Position numbers and translations under genes: made by a program
In this document: piece after piece, positions 26,037-38,181 of the stretch
Layout of the letters: each line of letters opens with the position of its first letter
Numbering within the stretch: the first letter of the stretch is position 1
Assembly (NCBI GenBank): GCA_002633005.1
Contig: NMRA01000525.1
Span: forward strand, 193,211 to 257,210
From: Phoronis australis
Lineage: Eukaryota > Animalia > Phoronida
DNA length: 64,000 nucleotides
Direction: 5' to 3'
The notes under the pieces: generated by a model
Seen by the model: only the letters and a program-made list of their open reading frames with translations
Databases searched by the model: none
Told to the model about the DNA's origin: nothing

Positions 26037-27526
26037 GACTGGTGACATGGCTTTGACAAAATATGCTCAAAACTCTTAACATCTTGACAGCAAAAACCAC
26101 TCGGTACAAGAAAGGTTCACAAGAACTGGGTCCGTAGACAAGATTATAGGACCCATGCCGATTAATTACTAACAATTCTATGTGCCTGTTCTGGAACATA
26201 ACCAGCATCTACACCAGGGGGAGCTCTAACAAAGGAAAGACATTGGGTGCACATCATATTCCCTCATTACATCAAAACACAAGTGGATGAGCTCTACAGT
26301 CCCTGGATATATGCCTGCTGTCCAAATTTAGATAACATAAATGGATATCCGTGATCTGCTCCAGAGATTCAAAAGAAGAGATTCAACCTTCTACTAAATG
26401 TACAGTCAGTAGTCCAGTGTGGACAAAACACAAACTTCAATCTGTTAATTTGACATCTTCATCTATTTCAATTCCACGCCAAAAGGCTACACATCTATTT
26501 TCACTCACCACACAAACCGCTACAGTGAATACTGCCATTGTTATCTTTGCCTCCAATACAACAAGGTGCTACACCACAAAGGCAAAACTACGCAAAAATT
26601 CTCCAGTTTAGGACAGTCTGCAAAATTTGTGACACATAAACTCAAGCCAAAATTGCATTTTCTTGATTCAGAAGATTAGGATATGGTTGATTTGTCGTTC
26701 ATCATATTTGTTAAATTTGGGACACTACGCTTGGCATCAACAGAATCTGAAAACAAATTCCACAGTTTATAAATTCATCGAAAACAGTTATCGACAAGTT
26801 TTCATGTGTCCCCATAGTGTGCAATTTCGAGGCAAATGGCCATTTTTCATTGACAGTAATTCCTGAAAATGAGAAACCCAATATTGCCCATTTCTAAAAT
26901 TAGGTACAAAGTACGACTTTGACTAAAATAACAATTTTTTCACAGCCTCAACTTGGAGAACTTTGAATGTAAATCCTACTCTAACTTTCACACATTAAAA
27001 GGCCCCTCAACAACAACCGGGACGAAGGCAAGGCAGCAATTGCCAAACTTAAGACACACATGGTACATACAATATACAGTTCTAAACACAGCAGTTCTTT
27101 GCTAATACAACACTTAGGTTAAAGACAGATGCAGCACTAATTTAGGACAATTCAAAATCCGAATGGTCAAGAAGCACAAATCAAATTACAGGTAGCATAA
27201 GTGAGGCGACCATTGAAATCCATTTAGTAAATGTTGTTATTCTATATTGGTGTTATTCTATATTGGTGTTATTCTATATGCAATCAGGAGAAGTACATGC
27301 AACTTGATATACTAAATAACCAACACAAGACACTCCCGTCTGAAAAACATGGACGAAAAGAAAGGTTTACAAGATAGTGCTGCAAGGGGCTTCAAGTCAA
27401 AATTAAGTAGACCTTGTCGATACGATGCCCGTAAAGGAACATAGGTGGTCAATAGGATAATATATCCAAAAACATAGTTACACTTTCGATAATTTGAAGT
27501 AAACTCAAAAGCACCAAGCAGTTTAA

Positions 27527-28052
27527 AAGGATACTGAACCCAGTTTTGGCCTATTACCAGATATTGAAAAAGACTTTCCCACCCAGTTCTCTGAAACAAA
27601 ACAATGCACTGCAACCCTCGACAACCCTCAAAAATTTGGAGCAAACTTTTTAAACTCCTTACAAAGTCTACTACACCGGCACGCAAGCGTGACCTAAGTT
27701 TAGGCGAGTTACGTAACAACTGTAGGGAAGACCACTCACAAAGAACCATAATGTTCAATTTGTGACTCTGACAATAAATTTTTACACATGATTTCTGCTT
27801 TTGTTACTTGTGTGGGATGCAAGCATCAGCAAGTGGTGCAAGTGATGCATCAGCAAGTGGTGCAAGTGATGCATCAGCAGGTGGTGCAAGTGATGCATCA
27901 GCAGGTGGTGCAAGTGATGCATCAGCAGGTGGTGCAAGTGATGCATCAGCAGGTGGTGCAAGTGATGCATCAGCAGGTGGTGCAAGTGATGCATCAGCAG
28001 GTGGCAGAACGAGGCCTTGATAAAAATCCCCAAAAAAGGGTTTAGTATCCTT
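27527..28052. mobile_element. Kolobok-like MITE in ZIP 3'UTR carrying a 24-bp minisatellite
   Basis: TIR AAGGATACTGAACCC / GGGTTTAGTATCCTT, TTAA TSD (27523-27526, 28053-28056); empty site with single TTAA at 57805-57808 in the duplicate. Confidence 0.85.
27823..28004. repeat. 24-bp minisatellite, ~7.6 copies
   Basis: GCATCAGCA(A/G)GTGGTGCAAGTGAT; explains the spurious repetitive ORFs at 27782-28084. Confidence 0.95.
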
Positions 28053-28638
28053 TTAAGTAAAACTTTGCTCCCTCTTTCAAACACTCAGGTAAAGAACTAA
28101 CAAGATCACCAAGTCAAAAACAAACGTGCCAACTGATGACTCAACTTACAACCCAAAATAACTAAAATTCTAAGCCAATGAAGTGGAAATGTAACTAGCC
28201 ATCAGCAAGTCAAAATCTTTCAAATGCCATTTAAGGTTATATGATTACAGTTAATTGTTCACCGATAAAAATTGAAGACACGATTGTCATTTTTTACTTT
28301 TCACCATGACAAGTTTTTAAAAAATGTATATAGGCATCCTGCAAAACTTTCGCACATTATTTATGAAATGAGACAGCCATAATTGCAACGGTGCCCTCTA
28401 TCTTATTAAGTCACGTGCGTTTCACTACTACAAATTCCAATATGACATTACTATCAGCAAACACCATATTCAAACCAAAATTATGTCAGCAAAATCCAAA
28501 ACTATGTGATGAAGTGCACAACCTGAGCACAGTCCACCAAAAGTTTTACCAATAATACAGTGTACATGGCTGAATAATTCCAGGCACAATAAGCTGGTAA
28601 TTCCCATTCAATGGTAACCTTTACCTAAATTCTTTTTC

Positions 28639-28779
28639 TTAGAAATCCACAACAATACTATCCTCATAGAGTGCAATGATCAACATTCCAGACATGCCGA
28701 GTAGGAGACCAAAGTTCTGGATGAGAAACTGTTGATGCGGCTTCTTGGCTTTCTCATAGGCAGCCGTCAGCTCGGGCAG
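28639..28779 (-). CDS. SLC39A10: ZIP6/10-like terminal coding exon (TM8)
   Basis: ctttcag|LPELTAAYEKAKKPHQQFLIQNFGLLLGMSGMLIIALYEDSIVVDF-TAA; typical LIV-1 C-terminus. The nine exons sum to 1926 nt = 641 aa + stop. Confidence 0.95.
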   Translation of the reverse strand: MPELTAAYEKAKKPHQQFLIQNFGLLLGMSGMLIIALYEDSIVVDF

Positions 28780-29532
28780 CTGAAAGCAGAAGATAGTGAT
28801 TTAAAGGAACACGTGACAAGATGCCAAGTTGTTGCCGAGTCGGCGGATTCTCTAGCATTTTGAAGGTGTTCGTATAATGCATTTTACTATGGCTGTGCAA
28901 TAACCATGTCACATGTCCGTGCATGCAATAACCCAAAGGTTATGTGAGACAAGAAAATCAATAGATTTGTCGAAAAGATGTGGGTTAGATCTTTTAACAC
29001 ATCAGTATAAATATGTGTGAATCATAGTTGTTGTCAGGATCCTAATGTTGCAATTCAAGGAATTGCCAACGAACGGCCCTCAATCACGTCCACGGTCATG
29101 GAAACCAAATACAGCAGAATTACAAAAGAAACTGATGGCCGTAGTGTTTTGAAAAGATGCACATGAGGCATAATTGTAGCAAAACTATTGTGTCAAGCAA
29201 CTATTCAGTTTTTGCCTTCATCGGCGACCTGCTAGTTAACTTCAATGCATAACATCAAAGTGGCAATGGCCAAAGAAAAGATGGAGCAAAATAAACAACT
29301 TTTAAAATTACATTAAAGTTATCAAACTGAAAAATGTTATTTGCAATCGCACGAGGAAAGAACTGGGACCCGTTTCAGGTCGCTGAATGTTCTAAATCAG
29401 ACACATTGATTGTAGGCGGGTTGTAGCTACAACATGTACTTGCAGAAAGTTTCTGATCAACAGTCCCTTCAACACATGCTAGCGCAATGGTAAACCAACC
29501 CACACCTTAATCAAGTCGCTTTTATTATTTAC

Positions 29533-32110
29533 AACAAGAGCAACGTGGAACATTGAAGAGTGCGCTCATGAATGCAACACAAACGGTGTGCTTTTAGGGG
29601 TGCTTAATGGTATTATAAAAATGAATATTAGATGGAGAAGAATGCACCGAATGTGCATGAAAATGAGAACACGTTTTCGTCTGCTGAATAGAGGTCTTTG
29701 CTAAATTTCATGAAAATCAATCGTAAGGGAGTTTTGGAAATACTATAATTACAGAAGACAAAATGTCACCAGGGGGTAGCAGAGCAGTACCGCTCTTGTC
29801 GGTAGGAATACATCAGCCAATTTTCATAGGGACACTCAGAGACAAGTATTTACACAGCAGCTGTCTTTTGGACGGCCTGAATGTTATTTTGATTGGGTTC
29901 GATGACACGGTCAGAATTAGACGGGCAAAATTTAAAAAATTTGCTTGAAATGACAACCACTTTCTCAACATTATCGGCTGGTTGGCTGTCCTTGAAATAA
30001 ATAGGCCATCGGTCATTTCAGAAATAAGAAGTATACTGCGTAAAAGGTGCTTTCTTGGCGCATTTTTCAATACTTCGCATGCCCGGTGACCCAGATCAAT
30101 GTTACTGGGCAACCCAAACCTACCTCAAGCTGTGAATGTAAACGCTTTCAATGACTTTTATTGGTTGTTGCCTGTGCATTTCTCACTTAGATGAATACTC
30201 TTGGTTAGTTTTGGAGTATTTGTCATTGTCACTGGCCAATCAAATTTGAGCACATCTCAAAGTACCGCATTTTTGTCAGTAGGAACACATCGGCAAATTT
30301 TCAAAAATGATCCTCTGCGCACTTTGGCAGACAATAAAAAACGGACTACAATATAAATAATTAAAATGGCTACAAGTTGGTGCAGAATACGTCGAATCCA
30401 TTTGAAAACGGGAATATGTCATCACTTTTTTAACTGATTGTACTTCAGAAGCAAGTTTTCCGATATGCAAATTTGAATAAATACATGACACTTGTCATTA
30501 TTTAATCATTCCTTTCACACCTGCTGTATCCCACAGTAACTGTGTATGCCTTCAGCTTATACTCTGTGGTGGTACTACTGCGTCATTTTATTTCCACTTG
30601 TGAATGGAATAAGTATGTTTTGAAATATCGTGCGTCTTTTAATCATGTCACTTGGTCAATTGCTTCACCAATGGTCAGTAGAATGTAGAACTTTGTTCCG
30701 AGGAATAAAGTCTGTTAATAATGACAAGGGTCGTGTATTTAATCAATTTTGCTTATCACTTCTGTAATAGAAGGCTATTTACTAAATTCCATAAAAATCC
30801 ATCAAGAGAAACAGAGAAAAATGCAATAAAATGAAATTGCCACTAGAGGGCACAGCATTCATTGGATCTGACTGAAAGTCTTCGTCGTCTGTCACCAACT
30901 TCCTATAAATACACTTTCTAAATTCAAGCAAGATCATGCAGACGGATTAGGAGATACAGTCATGGGCACAAAAAACAAAACTGCCACTAGGAGGCCAAGT
31001 AATTGAAGACGTCAAGAAAATCATCGTCAGCTGTCTTCTTCACAGTTAGCACATACATGCCAATTTTCACTATCATCCTTAGAATGTTTGAAACTAGTAG
31101 GCGCCAGAGTGGTCACAGTCATTGAACAATCATCGTCCCCTATTCTCTTTACAGTTTTAACATATTTGCCAATGTTCACAATCATCCTTAGAGTGGTTTG
31201 TTTGATAGAGGGGTGGATGCCAAAAAACTCAAAAACAGTAACAATGACCACTAGGTGGCGCAAAATACATCAAATCCATCCGTAAACTGGAGGATGGCAT
31301 CATCTCACTAATAGATGCCAACCTGCCAAATTTCATGAAAATCCGTTGAGGACCTTTGAAAATACAGAGGTAAACATAAAAAACTAAAATTGCCACTAGG
31401 GGGCACACCAGTAGTCTGATCCGTTCAAAAGTTCGCTTATGCTGTCCCGTCCATGAAAGGAACACGTGCAAAATTTCATACAAACATAATAAAGGAGATT
31501 GAGCAGCAGACGCTGGACACCGGATGGACGCCTGATGGACACCAAACGGACGAACAAAGATGACGGCATAATGCACCAACAAAAAAATATGTGGGCGCAT
31601 AAAAATCTGTCAAGGAACTTCAGAGAAACAGAGGAAAATGAAACAAAATGAAATTGCCACTAAGAGGCACAGCGTTTAATGAATCCACCTGAAAGTCGTC
31701 ATCCTCCCTGGTCAATTTCATATAAATACACTTACTAACTTTAATAAAGATCCTGCAGAGGGTTTAGGAGATTCAGCCATGGGCGTAAAAAACAAAACTG
31801 CCACTAGGAGGCGCCACAGTGGTAATAGTCACTTGAAAGTCATCATCTGCCACCCTCTTCACAGTTGAACAGTAGCAATGGCCACTAGGTGATGCAAAAT
31901 ACCTCAAATTTATTTGTGCGCATAAAAATGGCCACCACGTGGCGCAGAATCATCAGAACTGTCCGAAAGTGGAAAGGTGTTGTTGACTCATCAACAGAAA
32001 CCTTTTCTCCAATTTCATAACAATCTATCAAAGAGCTCTGCACGAAATGAAATTGCTACTAGGAGGCCCAGCAGTAATCGAATCAGTCCGAATTCACTGT
32101 CATCTGTATT
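29533..32110 (+). mobile_element. Helentron-associated (HINE/DINE-like) non-autonomous repeat region with diverged tandem units
   Basis: AACAAGAG start, recurring AAATTTCATGAAAATC..GGAGATACAG units, degenerate GGAC microsatellite and ..GCATAAAAA end at ~31510-31605; homologous array at ~61990-62910 and a short relative at ~32822-33180. Family assignment is by structural resemblance only. Confidence 0.5.
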
Positions 32111-32486
32111 CCTGGGAAAAACGTTAAAATTGCAGTTCTCCTGAATGCCAGGCCATGGAATTTTTTAGTATTCTTACAATAACTATGTCTTACTGCTGTG
32201 GTTTTGGATAAGTCATGATTTTACTCAGCTACTTACATATGGTATGCCCATACATGTAGCGCAGTGCAGGCCCACTGTGACCTCAGCACAGTCCCTCAAT
32301 GGAAACCAACAACATGGAGCTAACAGCTCACCCAAAGTAAAAGACTGGGTCAGGGGACAGTTTTCATTTATTTATGCTTTTGCCCGCAATAAAGTCTTGC
32401 CTTCAATCATATTATTAAAAGAATATTGTAACAATGACAACTCTTGCCATCAAAACCCCCTTATAAGACTTAATTACTACACTCAC

Positions 32487-32674
32487 CATGTCTACCAGCG
32501 CTATGTAGATGAACATCCCTCCTGTCATGGCAAACAGCCATAGGCTTGCGTCAGCGATGTTGCCTAGCAACACCCCAATCACCATGCCTACTAGACAGAG
32601 AAGAGAGGAGATCAAGTTGTAGACGAAGGCCTTTTTGATCGACATGCCAGCTTGCAAAAGCATTGCAAAATCAC
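32487..32674 (-). CDS. SLC39A10: ZIP6/10-like coding exon 8 (TM6-TM7)
   Basis: GDFAMLLQAGMSIKKAFVYNLISSLLCLVGMVIG...GGMFIYIALVDM|gtgagt; 188 nt. Confidence 0.95.
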
Positions 32675-33235
32675 CTGAAAAAAAAGATCAAGGCAAAGTC
32701 TAAAGGACACATCACATTAAGAGGACTGGCCTACCTTCGTACTAATAGCATACAGGCAAATTGTCCCAACAAAGCAAGCGAAAAATTGTTATATTGAAAT
32801 TGTGTGTTAGAACAGAAGTGTTAACTAGTAAGCGTGGAGCCATCCTCCAAAAGTAACCACATCTTTCACTCTCAACCCAAATTCCATCTGTCCTGCCCAC
32901 TATCGCCACACCCTACCAGGAGACTCGTGATATGAATACACATAATTATAGCGTCCTTTGAGTTTTGAAAAAGATTGAGCATCTTGACACTTACTTTGAT
33001 AGGACTTATCAAACTTTGGTAGTTAAACTATACTTGACAACTTGTTAATTGTAAGAATTACAGGTTAGCTAGAGCAACCACCAATTCAAGACACAGCAGC
33101 AGACGCTAAATGACAAGATGCCAGGACAGAGGTGACGGCAATATATACCCACATAGAGTACGTTTTGGTGCATAATAAAAAGAACTTCCATTTCTCGGCA
33201 AAGCAAGAATCAGGTTTAAATGCAAGATTACTTAC

Positions 33236-33316
33236 CTAGACCATGCGGCAGTTCATGGCACGTGATAGCTACAGTTGTACTCAATCCACTGCTTAGGCCC
33301 GCAGAAAAAGCTGCAC
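33236..33316 (-). CDS. SLC39A10: ZIP6/10-like coding exon 7 (TM5 metal-site motif, variant HELPHG)
   Basis: Not in ORF track. tag|GT GCA GCT TTT ... TGC CAT GAA CTG CCG CAT GGT CTA G|gtaag = GAAFSAGLSSGLSTTVAITCHELPHGLG; 81 nt. Confidence 0.95.
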
Positions 33317-33887
33317 CTATGCCAGGAACAGTATTTATAACAATAACACTAACAACAACAACAAGGACAACTACATTATAAGCACAGTAATCATCTTTAG
33401 AATTCAAAAATTGTAACTGACACCAGTTATTTCGATAAGCAAGTTCGCTAAAGATATGTTAAAGCCCAACTTCAATGGAATTTTGCTATTTTAGGTCTAT
33501 GGGCTAACCAGATAGTCCTAGCAAAGCCTTCGCAAAATAAGAAAACGCAAGTTTTATCACTCATATATAGACCCATAAAGAAATAGGTGAAGTTGCCTTT
33601 TCGTGAACTATTTTGTCACAGCGAGATCCCAGAACAGACAACAAAAAGCCAAAAACAGTTGTATTGAATAAAGGTCTGAATAGAATACATTGCATGCAGG
33701 TGTTAGTCACATCTGTTTGAATGAAAAGACGATTCTCGCTGTGACGTACAGTTCATTAGAGTAGGCAATTTATGGCACCAGTGGGCTCGGAGCAATGCTC
33801 TTAACATACTGTAGGAACTAAGCTTGCAGGTGTTACCATTCACGATAGACTTTAATACAAAATTTCAAAGAGTAAAATGAGTATTAA

Positions 33888-35311
33888 AGGAGAATGCCAC
33901 CCCGATTCAATTGGTTTTTGTTACCACCTTAATCGGTCTATATCCACAAACCTCATATACGGTTGATCTAACCTCGCTGAGAGGTGTTGCGCTAACCTGT
34001 GAGGGAGGTAAGTACACGACGCAACGACGCCAGTTTTTCTTCAGCCGAGTGTGAGCAGGTATGGTGTGGCGTATCGTTCCCCTTGTGGGAAGTATGAAGC
34101 TGCGAGGAAAGCGGGTATCATTTTTGTGATTTCCTCGAGAACCCAAAATGCTTCGAAAGTGGTTCCTGGCAGTTAAGAACAAAAGATACGCCTTTAATAC
34201 CAAGTACGAGGCTGTGCAATATCTCCGTGTCTGTGGCCCGCATTGCTCTCTTTCAAAAAGAATTATTCTCACCCTAACCAATGTTTGTATAGGGTAAAAC
34301 TGAACAAAGTGCCAAAGTCTGTCTGGGTAGATACAATTTGCAATGCCTTAGGAGTGTTTGTGAGTGCAAATGTTTTGAAAAATCAACAATGAATAAATCA
34401 TACTGCGTTACCGGCTACAAAAGCAATTATAAAAGCTTACTGACCGCCGTGTGAGCGCATGCTAATTCAGTGTTTGCTAACAGAAAACTGTTGTGAAACT
34501 ATAACTCCATTTTATAAGCTATGGTCAGATGTTAGGGGAATCTTTATTTAGATATATCATTATTCAAATCATTGTTATTGTACACCTTTCCCTGTACGGT
34601 TCTGTGGAAGGGGAACCTGGCTTTGCAGCGCCCGACGAGTAAGTAGATTTCAATTTTGAGGCAAATTCACCAAAATATTCAAAAGCACATTATTTCTTTG
34701 GTTCACTAAGCCTAGTCCTTTCATGACTGGAAGTTTACTTTTCAATTTTTTTCAGACGACTAACTCGGTTCATTATGTCTCCTGTTCGGCCACTACAGTC
34801 CTGACCGGGTTCTGAGTCCCTGATTTATAATGACCGTTTTGAGTTAAGAACAGAAAAAAGTTGCAAGTCTAAAATTACAACACAGGGCTATGCTCTCCTG
34901 TCTGTATTTCACTGAAGAATAATTCTAATTTATCACCGTACAGACTCAAACTTCCAGCGACCGACCTAGGTAAGTTGGCCTACTGAACTTTGTAGGCTGC
35001 GGTAAGTTCAAAGTTCCTATAAATCCGTAACAGCTAAATAAAACGACACGTTTGTTCAAGAACGTTTTGTAAGGGTTTTACAACGAATTTTGATGATTTA
35101 TTGGTGTAAAACGATGAATTCAAGCGATAAGCTGATACCAGTGAACTGCTGAGCAGACTGTGTTAGGACCAGTGACGTCACTGATTAATGTCAGCACCTC
35201 CGCCTGCCATCTGGTGTCAGGTAAAAGAACTGAGCTTGCTGTTATGGAGTGGAACTACTCGATCTAAACTCATTTGGTACATAATATGGTGTTTTTTGGT
35301 GACATTCTCCT
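33888..35311. mobile_element. Kolobok-like non-autonomous DNA transposon (ZIP intron)
   Basis: TIR AGGAGAATGCCACC / GGTGACATTCTCCT flanked by TTAA on both sides; no transposase ORF. Confidence 0.7.
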
Positions 35312-35716
35312 TTAAACGAGTTTCTTTTATAGAGCAAATGTCAAACAAAAAGGAAAAATCTCAACAATTTCGGATAAAATATGGCAGTGAAATTTTCTCT
35401 CACTCAGATTCCTGTTCTGTGCCACTGTAGCTACCATCTGACAAAATGAAATATTGCGGACATCCACAACAAAGTTGAACCATGTAAAAAATGTAAAAAG
35501 GAAAATTTTGGTAACAATTATAATTTTGTTGGAAATTGGTGAGATTTTACCACAACTTCACTCAAGAATGAACTTGAAAACTGATCAATCACGAACTGCT
35601 CTGTATGAAATTACTGTAAGTTTACTTTAAGCATGCTACGTGAATGGTTAATTTTCGACTCTCATAGTGAAGTTTAGTGGTCTCGAGCCCTGAAGCACTT
35701 AAAAGATTAATCCTAC

Positions 35717-36256
35717 CAATTGCCAACCCATCACATAAGTTATGCAATGAGTCACCCATGATCACCATCCAGGCCACCGCAGATACGCTCTTAGGAACCT
35801 CATGACTGTGCCCGTGACTATGTCCATGGCTGTGCCCATGCCCATGGTGATCACCTTCACCCTCGTCGTTGTCATGGTCGTTTCCACGGTGATCAGTCTC
35901 GTGATTCTCTTTCCTCTTGGAATAGCTATGATTGTCACTAACAACAACTGACTGAGGAGGATGAACAAGCGTGCTAGAATCCTTCAACTCGTCGAGCCCG
36001 TGCTTCTTGCACGTCTCATCGCAAAAGTCCACATGAGACATGTCCGTCGATAGCGTCAGATTGTCCACGGTGATGTCATCGCGTGTTGTGTGACACGTCT
36101 GCATTGTACCATCGCACTCAGTAGGCTGGCAGTACTTGGGGTCACTACTGACAGGCATGAAGTCATCGCCCTGTGCTGGAGACATGTCCTGACTACAAGG
36201 TATGTTGTTTATCAGGTGCCAGTCTTCGTGAGCGTCGGCAGCCATTCTTTTCACGC
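35717..36256 (-). CDS. SLC39A10: ZIP6/10-like coding exon 6 (His-rich loop, TM4)
   Basis: ORF 35622..36254; HHGHGHSHGHSHGHSH then VAWMVIMGDSLHNLCDGLAIG; acceptor tttcgtttcag, donor GTAGGA; 540 nt. Confidence 0.95.
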
Positions 36257-36613
36257 CTGAAACGAAAAGGAACCAATAGTTTTTGAAAAAAAATTTTAAT
36301 TTTTAAAACAAATTTGATTGAAATTGTGGCTAAAATTGCAAAAGAAACCATAAGAATTGATTGTCAATCATTAAACTAGCCATAAAGCGCTTGTTCCAAA
36401 ATTTACCGATATTTAACAAAACGATACATCCACCAACTACCAGCTTCTTAGTCATGTCTCAACTAAACTATCAACTGGCCGCTCAGTATATAAAACAAAA
36501 AACAAACAATTGCAGGTGGTCTGATACATGTTGTACCAGACGTGCGCAGGCCTCGCATGTGGGTCCATCGCATTGATCACCTGCAACTATCTTTTATGCT
36601 TTATTAATATATG

Positions 36614-36738
36614 GTTAAAACCGAGCTGAGGAGCTAGAAACGTGGCTCAAGGGTTTAGCAGTGTGACCTGGTGGGACTCGAACCCACGACCTCGAGTAAA
36701 GAAAGCGGGCACTTATCAACCAGGCCACACTGTCTCCT
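36614..36738 (-). mobile_element. tRNA-derived SINE (same family as 41662-41786)
   Basis: Minus strand GTGTGGCCTGGTTG..GTGGGTTCGAGTCCCACC..CCCTTGAG..CTCAGCTCGGTTTTAAC. Confidence 0.7.
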
Positions 36739-38078
36739 CAGGTCAGCATATCGGTTAGTATATGCACACAATACCCAACCACGAAACTTGTTGAAAATTA
36801 AAGCCAGGAGTTAATAATACAAAGTGTTTTGCTATGTACATATTTATAGTCAGCAATATAGTTTCCTAAACTTAAAAAAAGAGCTGTGAACCAATGAAAA
36901 TGCTATCAGCTAAATAAACTACTGCAGTGCCCCCTACTGGCATTTACTTGCATCTGTGGCGGTATCTACTAAACCCTTGCAACTGATATCTGTGACTCGT
37001 AATCTTTCCCTAAAGAACCTTAAGTGCTCTGACTCGTACTTTGTGAATCAAGTAAACGCTGGCCATCTCCACTGACATCCCAGAAAAGGACAACAGAAGT
37101 ACAGAGAAAATGGTCCAGCCTAAGGAAGAAATAACGAAAGTCAAAGAGGATACAAGAAACAGTAGTTCAACTCGGGGAAACAAAAGGTGCTCGCAAAATT
37201 AACTTGGACTGAATTGCGGACGATGGATTGGGTTTTTATTATGATTAATGAATGACATTTTAACATGACCGCTGTCACATCTTCAGCGTTGAAGTCTGGT
37301 GGATGACCCAGCATGTGAGCTGAGTGGGCAAGGGAGACCTTAGCTCATCCTGTCTGAATGTAAGATCTTGCTTCAGCAAAGATGGTTAGATGGAAGCATG
37401 ATCAAGGTCTAATGTTGCTTGCAGATGTTTTGGACCAAGAGCAATGGAAAAGGGAGCTACTCAAGGAAGAGCCAAGCAATAAACAGATACAGTTCGTGCG
37501 AGCATGTAAAAAACCAGAGAAAAAAGTAATGAAGAACAGAAAGCATATTTATTAGACTATGCATAGCGGACAATTACTGTATTAAGAGATTTTTTAATTA
37601 AGTAAAGTGAAGCAAAGGGTTCTTAGCATACCAAGAGCTCCTCACAGGAGAGTGGTGATTTCATATAATGGTAAAAATTCATTCAGGAAACAAATATGGG
37701 CAAAAAGCAGGATTTCATTTCGTCCAACTCCCTGACAAAAATGAAAACCGGCAAGAAAATGTTCACAGTTTTTACAGCTAATTGTGCAGTACTACTATCA
37801 AACATTAGCTTTTACTAAAATATTAGCAAGCTTTGTAGCAAACCTTGCGAAAAGAAGCTAAACTGATAAAGTTTAATTATCACTTATTGTTGTCTGAAAC
37901 TAAGAAATCGTTCTCTGTACAACATCTCAAAGTCTGATAAATTCCCTGCCAAACACACATAAAGCTATCTTGACACGCATGGAGACCTGAGGTGTGGCCA
38001 ATACGAATATTTTAAAATGATATAGTACTAGTAGCTATCATCAACTTTAGTGCAAAATCATTCCCAACCTAGGCTCAC

Positions 38079-38181
38079 CTTTGACCCCGTGTATAACCAT
38101 GGGGAGATCTGAGCAAGATACACACCTACTCATATGCTGTTCGTCGACATTTTCTGCACGCAGCTTCTTACGAAACTCTTT
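38079..38181 (-). CDS. SLC39A10: ZIP6/10-like coding exon 5 (cytoplasmic loop)
   Basis: Not in ORF track. tttcag|KEFRKKLRAENVDEQHMSRCVSCSDLPMVIHGVK G|gtgagc; 103 nt, supplies the phase 0 to phase 1 change needed between flanking exons. Confidence 0.8.

Noticed and set aside
27782-28084. His-rich (MHHLHHLL)n, (MHQQVVQV)n and (ASAGGASD)n ORFs
   Set aside because: All are translations of a 24-bp minisatellite inside a TTAA-flanked MITE in the ZIP 3'UTR; open only because the unit is stop-free and a multiple of 3.
25000-28638. Iron-responsive elements (CAGWGH loops) in ZIP UTRs
   Set aside because: Minus-strand CAGTGH/CAGAGH hexamers I checked (~25200, 25675, 27590, 27608, 27766) lack the 5-bp upper stem with bulged C; a SIREs/Infernal scan would be definitive.
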